Part shown: positions 11,661 to 24,093 of the stretch, piece by piece
Layout: every line of letters begins with the position of its first letter
Numbering within the stretch: position 1 is the stretch's first letter
Assembly (NCBI GenBank): GCA_965178125.1
Contig: OZ237745.1
Coordinates: forward strand, 930,001-994,000
DNA from: Bilabrum cf. latius
Lineage: Eukaryota
Direction of reading: 5' to 3'
DNA length: 64,000 nt
Position numbers and translations under genes: made by a program
Notes under the pieces: model-generated
The model's input: the letters and a program-made list of their open reading frames with translations, nothing else
What the model was told of the DNA's origin: nothing
Database searches by the model: none

Positions 11661-14350
11661 TCACAATGCGCCCTCCTCCTCGCCCTCCTCCAGAGCCGCC
11701 CGCAGCAGGTACTCCGCAAGGTAATCCACGGGGTCGGTGGGCTGCGCCGCGCACACCTCAAGCAGACCCTTGCTCAGGGTCGGCAGCACGTTCTCGGCGA
11801 GAAATCACGCAGTGGCGCGGGTACGCAGAGAGCAGGAGCTCGCGCTCGTGCTCTGCAACCAGTGCCAGCCTCCTCTTTGCCTCCGCTTCGTTCGCCTTCC
11901 GCCTGGCGTCCTCCTCGGCGGTCTCCTTGGCGCCGGCCTCTTCTCTTGCCTTCGATTCAGCTTCCTCCACTGCGCGCCGCGCCGATTCCTCCTGATCCAG
12001 CTCTTCCGCTGTCGGGTGGTAGTTGAAGGGCTTGCCGCCCCTCTCGATGTAGGGGCACAAGGCAGCAAGGTGCTCCTCTACCTGCACCACGCTGGGTGCA
12101 CCTTCACCCCCGCCCTCGCCCTCTTCGTCACCAACTCCTTCGGCATCGGCGCCCTCGCCGCCTGCTCCAGAGGCAGGGCCGCTTCCCGGGGCAGGAGCAG
12201 ATGCGCTGCTCGCGGGGACGGGGGACCGCTCGATCACCTCGATCCCGGCAGATGACTCGAAGAATCCGGCGACGGTCTTGGCGGCATCCTCGGGGTTGCG
12301 CTTCCTCCAGAGCGCCAGGCGCCTCTTCAGCCTGTCGCTCTGGCTCTCGCCCCCCTCTTCCTTGCTCTCCTCGACCGAATCCGCTGTTCCTTGGGCACTG
12401 GTCACGATCTTCTCGATCGCAGAGTCGGCAGCGTCCAGGATGATCACGCCCGTCGGCACGAGGTCTGGCTCACGGGCGTGGGTTCCGGCTCTTCCTCATC
12501 CTCCGCTTCTTCCTCGCCGTCGCCACCACCGCCAGCGCCCTCCTCCTCTTCCTCCTCCTCTTCCCCAGCCAAATCGTCCTCCTCCACACCCTCTCTCAGG
12601 TACCCCTCAGCCTCCGAATAGGTCCTCGGAAACCCGTCCAGCACGTAGCCCCGGTTCCTGCACCGAGGCCTTCGCAGCCTCCACCGCATCACTCGCGCCA
12701 ACAATTTGTTCCCCAGCCGCCCCTTGGAGGCCAGCACAGCCTCAACCCTGGCAGCTAGCTGCAGCGCGTAATCGTGGGCAGCAGCACCGTCCTCGTCCTC
12801 CGGGCTCCATGCCGGGCTTTTCCTCCTCCTCCTCCTCGTCCCCTGCGCCGCCCTCTTCGCCGCCCTCCGCGGGCGCCACGTCGTCACCCGCGTCCACGGC
12901 CTCCCCCTCCTCGCCCCCAACGGCACCCTTCGAAGCCCCCTTCGCAGCGGCAGCCGCAGCCGCGTCCGCTCGCTCCTTGTATCCCCTGAGTTCGGCAAGG
13001 GCGGATGGGACGTCAATCTGCTCCACGTAGTAGTGCTTGGCAATCGCCTCCGCAAGCACAGACTTGCCCGCTCCTGGAGCGCCTCCCACCACCACTCTCA
13101 CCGGCCGGATCCCCCTAGTCTTGCGGTACTCCGCCGCCACGTCAGCCGCCCTCTCCGCGATACCTTCCTGGCACTTCCATTCGATGCCCAGGGACTGGGC
13201 TGCGCCATCCGCGGCGTCAATCTTGAGGTCCAGCTGGAGCTGGTCCACGGCCCCTGTCTGTTCCTCGCTTGCGCCAGTCGCCTGTGACTCCAGTAGCGCC
13301 GTTTCTGCCTCGGCAGGGTCCATGACACGGATGCCCCTCGATCCTTGCGCCCGGGAAATGGCCGCGAAGACCTGCCGGAGGGAGCTCTGCGCTCCGTCTA
13401 GCGCCAGCACGTACTCCTGCTCCGTGCCCCCCTCTGCCACGCCTGCGACCACGGCCGCGCAGTCATCGACGTGCACCATGGGTACGAAGTTGCGACCCTC
13501 CGGTTGGGCGAGCGCGGGGACGAGCAGCTGCTCCTGCTCGGCCTCCCACGCTTGCTTAAAGTACCTGTGGAGAGGCCCTTCTCCCGCGCCGTATGGAAGT
13601 CCTGCCGCCACCACGTGGGCGCGCAAGCCCTCGCGGGCCAATGCCATGACGTGCGCCTCCAGAAGTTTCATGTGCTCGTGTTCGGGAGCCGCCCGCCTGC
13701 GCTTGTATCGCTCCTCTGAAATGTCCGTGCCGTCCTTGGGGCGCCTGGTTCGAGCCCACGTGTGGATGGTGCTGATCGCGACCACGGCGCGACCAGCGTC
13801 ATCATCGCCGTCCTCTGCATCGTCACCTGCCGATGCAGCAATTCGACTTGGAGGCGGTAGCGGATTCCTGAATACTGCGATGTACAAAGGAGTGGCAACT
13901 GCACAAATGCGGTTGGCAAGCGCGCCGGTATTGTGGACCAAAGCCGCCCGCTCCGACATTACTCACGTTCAACCATTGATGCAGCCTCATCGTGGGCATC
14001 CTTGATGTTTAAAATTACAACGCGCGTTTGTTGTGCAAGCTACAAGGCTTCGGCGCTGCCAATCTGCAACTCGGAGAAAACGCGGATACTTCTGCGAATT
14101 AGTGCACCACTTCAAGGATTACTGAAATCTGTCAAAAATAATACATTAAACTTACCTGCACAGAGTCAGTAAGCCCTTCCACTGGCTTTCCAGTCGAGGT
14201 GGAGCCCGCAATCCGGGGTCGTGGCGGTCGATCCTCCGCATCGTCAGTGTCGTTTCCTCCAATCCCAGCCAGTCGACGAACCACTGCCTTACCAATAAAT
14301 GAATCAGCTCCGCTTACAAAAGCGATAGGGGGCTACCGCCTGGGTTGCAT
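11661..14350 (-). CDS. AK7: Adenylate kinase 7-like flagellar protein (Rossmann-like N-terminus, AK core, C-terminal Dpy-30); about 4 apparent frameshifts
   Basis: AFVSGADSFIGKAVV; AISTIHTWART; GLPYGAGE; P-loop GAPGAGKS; CRNRGYVLDGFPRTY; KPFNYHP; Dpy-30 VLPTLSKGLLEVCAAQPTDPVDYLAEYL. Two introns near 14155-14065 and 13966-13876. Single-base shifts near 12815, 12472 and two near 11800-11822. Confidence 0.88.
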
Positions 14351-14531
14351 GACAGGGAAATGTGCCGAGGTCCGTTGCGAAAGTGGTAGCGTGTGCTTTT
14401 GGCCCCCGAATTTGCCCCAACGGATTCATGCATTCAAGTTGCAGTTTGCCTTTCTAGCTTACGCGTTGCCCTAGCTGAGGCCATCTCGGTACCTCTACAA
14501 AGATTGCTGAATTATGGCTCAAATAAGCGGC

Positions 14532-15938
14532 ATGGAAGGCGGAGGAGGTGGGAGCTAGGCTTATGAGTACTCTGCAGCTCCACAGGCTATGCAACCTGGG
14601 ATGGAACAGCCGGCGTATCGAAGCGAGACAGGGGCCCACAAGTGAGGTTGTATTGCTAACTTGTAGGCTTCGTCCCGCGCACGCGCTTTCACAACCTTTG
14701 ATGTCCTTGAGGGCGCAATCTTGCCCATCCTTGCCCCTATCCTCTGCTCGCCTCCACTGGATACGTCGCAGAGCACCTGCGGTCAACTTGATGTATGATA
14801 GGCGTGTATACAGAGGCAGCACTTTTGCAGCAAAGATTCTTACACCGGTAAGCATTACGATGCGCCACTTGAATCACAACAAAGACATCGATTCATCGTC
14901 GTCATTTCGCACTTTCTGTATCGACACAATTTCATTGAGGTATCGCAGTCAGAGCAGGCGGAGCAGGAACGTCTCAAGAAACAGGACGCAGAGAGATAGC
15001 AGCGGCGAGCCGCGGTGCGACGCCGCAAGCAAGCCGCGCGGCAAGTCCCCCGCACGCCGCCGCCGGTGCAGGGGCGCGTCCACGCCGACACCCAGACAGA
15101 AACATTCTTGGAGGTTCTCGTGGATCGCCCCGAAGAGGAGGAGATGGGCACTCAGACGGACGCCGCCATGGACAGGCCCGACCTCCCTGTGTACGTGCCC
15201 AAAAAGCTGGGGGTGGACTAGGAGACGCAAGTGGAGGTGGGCGAGCTCTTTGATTTCGACTTCGAGGTGGAGCCCATTTTGGAGGTACTCTGCGGGAAGG
15301 CACTGGAGCAGAGTCTCATGGAGGTTCTGGAAGAGGAGGAGCTGGCAGCCATCCGGGCCCACCAGGAGGAGTTCGAGCAGATCAGGGCCCAGGAGCTCGC
15401 AGAGGTGCAGAGGCTGGAAGCGGAGGCGAGGAGAAAGGAGGCGGAGCGAAGGAGAAGAAAGGAGCAGGAGATGCAGAGGCTCAAGAGGGAGGACCAGACG
15501 AGGGCCAAGGTCGCTGCAATCGCGTTCGCTAGGCAGTTCGTCGGGCAGGTGCGCGACTCGGTCTTTGGCCGGCTGGCCACGGAAGGGCACTTCTACGACC
15601 CGGTTGCGAAGGAGATGGAAGAAGCTGTGATGCCCAAGCTGCTGCAGCAGGCAGAGGCTAAGACTGACAGCAGGGCGACGGCAAGGCGCATCGCGGACGA
15701 TCTCATCCGGAACGCTCTCAGGCTGAGAGCAGAGCGAGCAGGTGCAGCGGCGGAGCAGAGAAGAGATAAGGTTAATTAGAAGATCATTGAGGAGAGGGAG
15801 GCCCGCGAGGCAGCTGCCGCTGAAGAGGAGCAAAAGAGGTTGAAGGAAGAGGAGCGGTTGCGAAAGGAAGCAGAAGCAGCAACTGCAGACGATGAAGAGG
15901 GAGATGGCGAAGATGGAGATGGCGATGATGATGAATGA
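14532..15938 (+). CDS. RSP3: Radial spoke protein 3
   Basis: NLMYDRRVYRGSTFA; TPPPVQGRVHADTQTETFLEVL; ELFDFDFEVEPILEVLCGKALEQSLMEVLEEEEL. Two GT-AG introns; in-frame TAGs including 15219 and 15777; TGA stop. Confidence 0.93.
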
Positions 15939-16185
15939 ATAGCTCTTTTTCGTGGATTGGGTGCTTTCGTAATCCGTGAAGCTGCGGGAGCAACACCCGC
16001 AGACTTGCGACCAACTCGATTCACCGATGCGTTTTGTCGCCGCGGCGAAAAAAAAATCAAGGTGTTCGCACATACGCGCACCTCTCACTGCGCGCCAGAC
16101 GCTAAAAACCTGCTTTCACGAGGCTCTGCGATAAAGTATTGGTTGGGCTTCTCATTGGCAAGGGAGAGCTGCAACGTTCATTGAT

Positions 16186-19100
16186 ATGTCAGGTGTCCTT
16201 AAGCAAACACAGGCCAGTTGGCTTGAGAGGGCATACTCCAATGTCTCTGCAGCCTTTTCAGGCGCTCTTTACATTCTTCTTAAAGACGTAGGGGTAACTC
16301 AAAGAGCCATTTATGTTGGTTTGCTACTCTAGTTAGCTCAAACCATGGTATTTACGTGAGGTAGTGTCGAAGTGTAGTGAACTTCCACTTTTCTGTGTCG
16401 ACTACAAAATGCCTTTCACAGCTGCAACCATCACGAGTTTGGGGCAGCGCATAGGACTATAGTAGACCATACTGATTGAAATTTGCGTTGTCAGCTGGCA
16501 TGGCAAGTAGACGCGGCTGGCGAGGCAATCCGTTGCGGGTGTTACAAACCAGGTCCTGCCTTGTTATGGACCATGAAGTACACATTGAAGCAAACATTAC
16601 TAATGCAAGCTTTGCCCAATCGAAGTCATTGTATCTATCGAAGATTGGCTTGAATTGATTCAGCATGCTTTACAAACGCGTCTCATGGCTATCGATACCA
16701 TTGCAGTCCCATCCGTTTATCTCCTCAATTACCTGGCATCGCAGAATCAACCGAGCCTACCAGCAGCCATGGGAGGATTCAGAGGCCGTCTATCCTGTGG
16801 CTGTCGGACTCAGCTACACCACCACCTCCAGAATGGACGTCGTCGGCGGCACGGCCGCCTACCTCGCTCTCCTCGCCGTGGGAGCTGTCTACGTCGGGCT
16901 CTTCCTCGGACTGACCGTCCTGACGGCCTACAACTTCCACTACGAACTCCCGCACAGCTCATTCGTGCTGCGTATCCTGCGCTCGGTCGCCACGCTGTCC
17001 ACTACCATCCTCTACCTGCCGCTCAGCTCCATCATGCTCCGGGGCCTCAGCTGCCCCTCCCACCACGACTCCTGGATGGGCACCGGCATGCAGTGCAACA
17101 GCCCCGGCAGGATCGTCATCGCCATCCTGCTGGCCATCCTGCTGGTCGGCTTCGCCCTCATGTCACTCACGGTGGCAGCCGTGTACGTGGACAGGGACCC
17201 GGCCTCTCAGTCGTGGGCCGCTCGCAGCACGGGGCGGGTGGACGCCGGCATCCTGCTGGCCAAGCTGGTGCTGGCCTTCATCTACAACGTGCTGGACGAG
17301 CATCTGGTGGGCTCGGCCTTCTTGACCATCGTGCTGGTGGCCTTTGGCCTGGCAGCCATGTGGGCCTTCGTGGCATACCAGCCGCACGTGCACGCGTGGG
17401 TGAACGCGTTCCAGGCGGGCATCTGGGCGGTGTTCACGATCTCGGCCATCTCGCTTGGGGCGGCCCAGCTGGCCGGCGTGGAGAACACGGTGCTGCTGCT
17501 GTATGTGTGCTCCCCGGTGGCCTTCTTGGCGGCCATGTCCGTCTCACTGAGGTACTCGAATGCCATCACGCAGACCCCCGTGGACCAGCTCAGGTCCCCC
17601 TACGATGTGGCCGTGTGGTGCAACCACCGGATGCAGCTGTACGCGGCGTTCCAGGCAGTGGCGGATCGGGGAGGCTCGGCCGCCGCTCACCTGCGCGGCG
17701 AAGGCGACGACGAGGAATGGAACAACGACGACGAGGAGCAGGCACAGGACCCTGCCACGGACGAGACATCTGACAGCGATGGCGAGGTGGCTGCAGGCAA
17801 GGCGGGCAAGAGTGATGGTCCCGCAGAGACGGCTGATGACCGACAGCGCCGCTTGCTGACCCAGCTGGCCAGGCACCATGCCAGCCTGGGCATGCCGCTG
17901 CAGTCCGCCGACCAGCTGACCATTGAGGAGCTGGAGGCCGAGAAGGAGCGGCTGCTCGAGTCGGCCCGCGTGGGATACGAACACTGCATCGAGCACTTCT
18001 CCACGAGCGAGGTGTCGGCGCTGCTGGCCAGCACCTTTTACAGGTACCACTTCATGTTCCACACCCAGGAGTGTCTGTGCCTGGCCAGGGCACTCAAGAG
18101 ACAGCCCGCCTTCGACTCGAGGTTCTACATCTACTCACGGCTGCGCAGACTCAACGAGAGCGACGGCAGCGGGCTGGGTCCCATCGAGCGCATCATGTTC
18201 GATCAGGAGCAGAAGCAGTCGGCTCAGCTGCGCATCGAGGCGTACCGTCTGCTGCAGCAGCTGTGGGACATCATGTCGGAGGGCACGCCGGACCTGGTGG
18301 CGGTGGAGGCCACAGGTGTGGCGCTGCAGGGCACGCTGACTCGGATCGAGGCTGCCTTCACCAGGCTGCTGGAGCTGAATCCCACCTCGACCAAGACGCT
18401 GCGAGCGTATGCTCAGCACCTGATCGACCTGAAGAACCTCCCTGCCAAGGCCACGGAGCTGTTGACCAAGGCCGAGCGCCTGGACGAGACAGGAATGCGG
18501 AACCGGATGCGCCAGATCAAGAACGTGAAGTTCGGGGACAGCACGAAGAAAGCATCGTTCCTCAACGACAACGCCGCCATCGTGTCGATCAGTGGAGCTT
18601 CGACGAGTCTCGGAGAGATCCTATCCGCCAGTACGGCAGCATGCCGCCTGTTTGGGTACACTCGGAGTGCGTTCATCGGGCAAAACGTGAGGACCATTGT
18701 GCCTCCGCCGCTCAAGCAGCAGCATGACGGCATGCTGCTTCGCTTCCGCCGCAAGCGCAAGTCCATGGTTGTGGGTCACCAGAGGCTCCTGTTCGCGCAG
18801 ACGCGGGACGGCTCCATTATGCCCATTTGGCTCGTGGTCCGAGAATCGCCGCCCGACCGGGAGTCGTCCGAGCCCCGCTTCACCGCCACGCTGGACCCTG
18901 TCAACACCAATGAGGCCTTCCTGTTCATCGGCGATGCCGCGTCCAACTTCAGGATGTACGCTGCGTCAGCCCGCGCGTGTGAATTCCTGGGCTTGGAGGG
19001 CGAGATGCTGATGCAGGAGCACGTGTCGGCCGCGAACTTCTTCCCCACCGTGGCGCAGGACTTCACTGGCGGTGACATTCAGCTGAGCAAGGCCGAGCTG

Positions 19101-22100
19101 CAGGCCATTTCTCGCCAGAGCGGCGTGTCTGATCTGCGGGACCTGCTGCGTCGGCGCAAGGACAAGGGCCCTGATGAGAAGCAGGCAAACGCTCTGGGCA
19201 GGCGCATGAGCGGAAGCAAGGGCAAGTCAGGGGGCCAGAGGTAGGACAGGGGGCAATCGCGTGTGCCTCGGGGCAAGGACGGCGGTCACCAGGTGCAGAC
19301 CATCGCTGACCCAGGTGTCCCAGGCCCCGCCACTACAACAACAACAAAGGGGCGCAGGCACTCCACCGGTGGAGCGGCGGCAGCGGTGGCGGCTTCAGGC
19401 GATTCATCGCTGAAGAGTGAGGGGGAGATGCCGAGCGCTCACTCGAACGGTGCGGAGGGCGAGGAAAGTGGAGTCACGCGGCGCAAAGGCAAGGGGTGGA
19501 GCAAGCTTCGCGGTGTTGGTGCAGGCGCCATTGGCGTTGCGGACAACAGCGGCTCGTTCACCAACCTGATCGCTGCGATGGAGGAAGCCAAGGCTATCCG
19601 CTCGCAGATGTACGCCAGGCGCCGCAGCATGCAGTCCATGGCGGCTGATGGGTCCTATGCTGCCGGTCCAAGCCGAGGGGCCAAGCCCAACCGGGCCACG
19701 AAGACCAAGGGGGTGCAGGGAGGTGCGACTGCCACTGTTCCCAACATGTTCAAGCTCAAGGCGCCTGGACTGATCCCCATGCAGAACACGTCCGACGGCG
19801 ACAAGCTCGCGATCGGGGTGGCGCAGAAGGTGCTGCTCAAGGCAGTGCCCGTGTTCTACGTGGTGCGACTGAACGTGATCGAGACGGACTCCTTCGCGGA
19901 TGACGACGAGGACGGCCAGACCTACACCCAATCAGGCGGAGAGAGCTACGGACTGGGGTCTGGGAGCGACTCAGATGCTTCATCTACCCACCAGGAGGGT
20001 GAACGCGACGGGTAGGCCCGCCGTCCATTCAGCCGCACCGGCACTGCCACCTCGGGGCTGACTGAGACCCAGCCTGTGGCGTTCCAATCGCGAGATGCTG
20101 ATGGCGATGGACACTTGCACGGTAAGAAGAAGCAAAGGTCACAGAAGAAGCAAGGATCCGGGCAGAACAAGAGCGGCGGCAACCGCACGGTGAAGGAGCG
20201 CAAGGAGCAGGTGGTGCTGCCGCCTCCTCACCAGGACGGGATCCACCCCACACAGAGCGTCCTCCGCGGACTGCGAGGCGCTGTGGAGCAGGACAGTGCT
20301 AGAGATGGAGAGGATGAAACGAAGAGGATGGAGTCGGGCGGTGGCGTTGCGGGCGGTGACGATGACGATCTCCTCGCTGATCTCGAGGGATCTGTCGAGG
20401 CAGCCGCACCAAAGCAGGAGAACGATTCAGAACTGCCTTCCGCTCGGCTTGGGGTGACGACTGGTGCGACTGCTCCCAAGACGCACGATACGGGCGTAAT
20501 GGAGACTGCAGCCACCGCTAACATACAGGAGCTAGACTCTGCCATGGAGTCTGCTCGCAAGACGGAGAGTGGTCCAAGCACTAGGCCCGCCAACAGCGGT
20601 GCATCTTATGGAAAGGAGCAAGAGGACGAGGAGGCGCAGAGACTTTTGGCGCCATCCAGCTCTGGCGCCCGCCCTCACACTCATGTCCAGGTCACGATGG
20701 ACGACATGGAATACCGCCCCAAGCGGTCCCTGTCTAGAGGTTCACGTGAATCTGCCGCAGCCTCTTCGGCAATCGGGAGCAGAAGGACCTCCACGAGCCG
20801 GTCCAGAAGACCTTCGGGGGTGGCTGGCCAGTTGACTAAAAGAAGGTCTGCAGTGTCAAAGCCTGGGCCAAGCACGGGCCCCGCACCAGGAGGACGCCGC
20901 ATGTCGGCTGGGTCTTTCCACGCAAAAGCTCTGCAGAGACACAGCACTCACACCGGCCACACGATCGTGCCAGCACAAGCTCCAGCACACCGCCCACCTG
21001 GTGCTGGCAAGGCAGCCAGTGTAGGCTCCTCCGGCTCGAGTGCCAGCAGCCAGCTGTCCAGGGCCCTATCGCAGCTCAAGGACATGGCCGAGCCAGAGGT
21101 GTGGAAAATACGCAACCTCCTGCTCATGCTCATCGTCATGGCCGTGTGCTTCGCCACCATCGCCGTGGTTTGGATGGGGATCAAGATGGACAAGCTAGGA
21201 CAAGCTAAGCAGGCCATCTGGCTCGTGGGGCACCGCACTGCTGCATTCCAGCTCGCCAGGGGTGAGGTCACGGCTGCCATCGTGGACGCAGAGCGCAAGG
21301 CAGTCACCAATGCTTACCAGAGGGCTCTAGTGGAGCTGCATGAAGAAGAGAGCAGCCTCATTGGACGAATTGCTGCGTCTGCAACAGCGGAGGCAATGCT
21401 AAACGAGACTGTGACTGCTGCTCCTGGTTACGTCAACACCACTGCTGCATTAGTGGCATAGCTGTAGCAACTTCGGGCCACGATTGCAGATGACGAGCAC
21501 ATCATCGAGCAGCAAGAACACGTGCAAGAGGGGATTGAGGCATCTCTGGGCAGCATGGGCGAGTCCAACCGAGCACTGCTATTCGCGATCGAGCAGCTGC
21601 AGCAGGCCAACACGCAGGTGCAGGACGTGGGCTTCAAGAAGGAGGGCCATGCGTACGAGACAGGGGAGCTGCACAGCTTCAAGACGCTACCCGACGGTGA
21701 CGAGCACCAGGGCGAGGACGAACAGTCGTCTAGTCTCTACGGCGAGGACGACGTGCATTCTCCTGACGAGCCTCTGTCCGTGCTTGAAGTCCCGCTGGTG
21801 CAAGAGATCGAGGAGATGGTCTCCACGCTGCAGAGGATCGCCAGGCTGCACCTAGCGAACATCACAGTGAGCAACGGCGATGTGCGCACCGTAAGGGTCA
21901 ATGCCAACGGCCTGATGCACCGCATGCAGCATGCTTCCAACCTGTGGCAGAAAGACTACGTGGAATATATGCAGCAGACTCTCCTTGAGATCTCCGTTGC
22001 CGGTGGTGTGCTCCTTCTTTCGCTGCTAGTCGTGGCCTTCTTCTGCTTCGTACAGACAGCCCGTTCTCTCGGTGCACGAGCCACCAATGTGCTGGAGGCG

Positions 22101-23954
22101 TTCATGGTGATTCCGCAGCCCGTAGCACAAGCCATGCGAGGCCGGTCTAGCCTGATGCTTGAGAAAGTGCTGGCCGAGGCAGACGCGGCCGAGACTGCTG
22201 AAGATGCGCACGGCATGGATGATGACTACGACAACGGGGACGATGAGGAGGAGGCCGAGCGACAGCTGATCATGAATGAGACAGATGCTGAGCTGGACAA
22301 TGCGGCGGAAGCTGGGGCGGCATCAGCAGGGTTCGGTGGAGTCCTGCGCGCTGCGTCCAGGCGGCAGATGGGCCAGGACGATGACAAGCAGAGCCGCGTG
22401 AAGATATACTCCATTGGCGACACGCTCAAGAAGTCGAACAAGGTCAAGCACAACCAAGACCACAGCTTGGGCATGACCAGGCGCAGGCTGCTTTACTCTG
22501 ACAGGGAAATCACGCTGCGGCCCTACCGCAACTCTTCGTCATTCGTGCAGCGCACCGTGATGTGGCTGCTGCTTCCTGTCGTATTGGTGCTGTTCCATCT
22601 GCTCTTCGTGGTGTCTCTGCAGCTGATTCAGAGCCAGACTTTAAGCTCGGTGGGCGAGCGTATCATGGCTGTGTTCCTGTCTCGAAGGCATGTGAACCAG
22701 TACGTGAACGACCTCCTCGACCTCAGCATCGAGCGCAACACGACCAAATGGGGCCCGATCCTGGACGAAGCTGACCACAACGAGAAGGCTCTATCCGCTA
22801 CCGCTAACCTGGTCGTGTTCGGGGGTGCTGTGTCAGAGGAGTTGGCAGGCAGCACGCTCGACCTGAGTAAGCTGAGCGAGCAGGACACATCCACCCCCGA
22901 GGGGCAGGTGCGGGCCATCTTCGAGGAGGACGTGTGTCTGGCTGCCAAGTACAGCCCTATCACCACTAATGGGCTGATTGCTTTGGACCCAGACGCAGCC
23001 CGAATCAACGAGGCGAAGTGCAGGGCGGTGCAGGGTGGCGTGTTGACCGAAGGAGTGATCTCGGCTGTGTCTGCGCTGCTGAGCCACGGCAGGATCGTGA
23101 CAAGCAACGCGCCTAGAACAGAGGCAGTGGCGCGGCAGAGACTAGAGAGGCACCATATGCCCAATGCGAACTCCACCGAACTGATATTCCTTCTAGCCAG
23201 CTCACCGACGTTGGCTGAGGAGGCGGTCAACGCACTCTACATTGAGCATCCGTTCGTCAAGCTGGCAGCTGGAGTGGCTGCTACCCTGCTTTCCAACCTG
23301 GTCGACGACAAGCTCAGCTTTGGCAAGAGCTTGCTGAACGTGGTGTCCTGGTCGTTCGTCGGCGTCTTCTCTCTGATCCTGCTGCTGTTCTACTACCCGA
23401 ACGTGTCGGAGCTGGGAGTGCCCCTGCGGTCTGCTCGTAACCTGCTGAGTCTGCTGCCCGGTGAGCTCGTGGCCTCGCTGCCTGACCTGCGGGCCACGGT
23501 GCAGGACATCGCCACTGACGCTCAGCTAGCATCACACGGATCTGCTTCTGCACGGTCCCGAGGTCACTCAGTTAGAGGCAGTGGTGCTGACAGTGACCAG
23601 GAGAACAAGAAGCTGCTTGGTAATGGAGACTCTGACAGTGATGATGAAGAGGGCATGCTTGGGACACGTCAAGGCGCCCAAAACATGGACGGCCATAGGC
23701 AGTCATCGGGAAGGGACATCAACGGAAGCCGAGGCAGCCACTTTAACTTTGACGTGGCTATTCCATCCAAGGCGGGGTCGATGGGTGCTGGATCGGGAGA
23801 GCAATCTGGCTCGCTCTCCATGGCTAGAGGTGCTCATGATCAGAAGCGAATGGCCAACCTCTCGCGGAGCTCCTCACAGGCACCGCCACGCCGCCCCTCG
23901 CAAGTAGTACCAGAACCGGAAGGACTGCTGGACCGTGGTGGGCGTCGATTGTGA
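16186..23954 (+). CDS. TmcB/TmcC-like multi-pass membrane PAS-domain protein, copy B (~2459 aa; exons 16186-16355 and 16745-23954)
   Basis: Inverted paralogue of copy A with the same intron position and phase. ORFs 16665, 19263, 20076 and 21522 are in one frame and joined by TAGs; TGA stop. Confidence 0.8.
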
Positions 23955-24093
23955 TGTGCCTGGATCCTGGATAGTAGGGGTACACGGGAGGCAGGGTGCG
24001 GACACTTTTCATATTCATTGATGTAAGCGCGGCTGCGTGCGATTCTACAGTTCTTAATCGGTCGAATTCAAGCCAATGCGAATGTCGAGCAGC

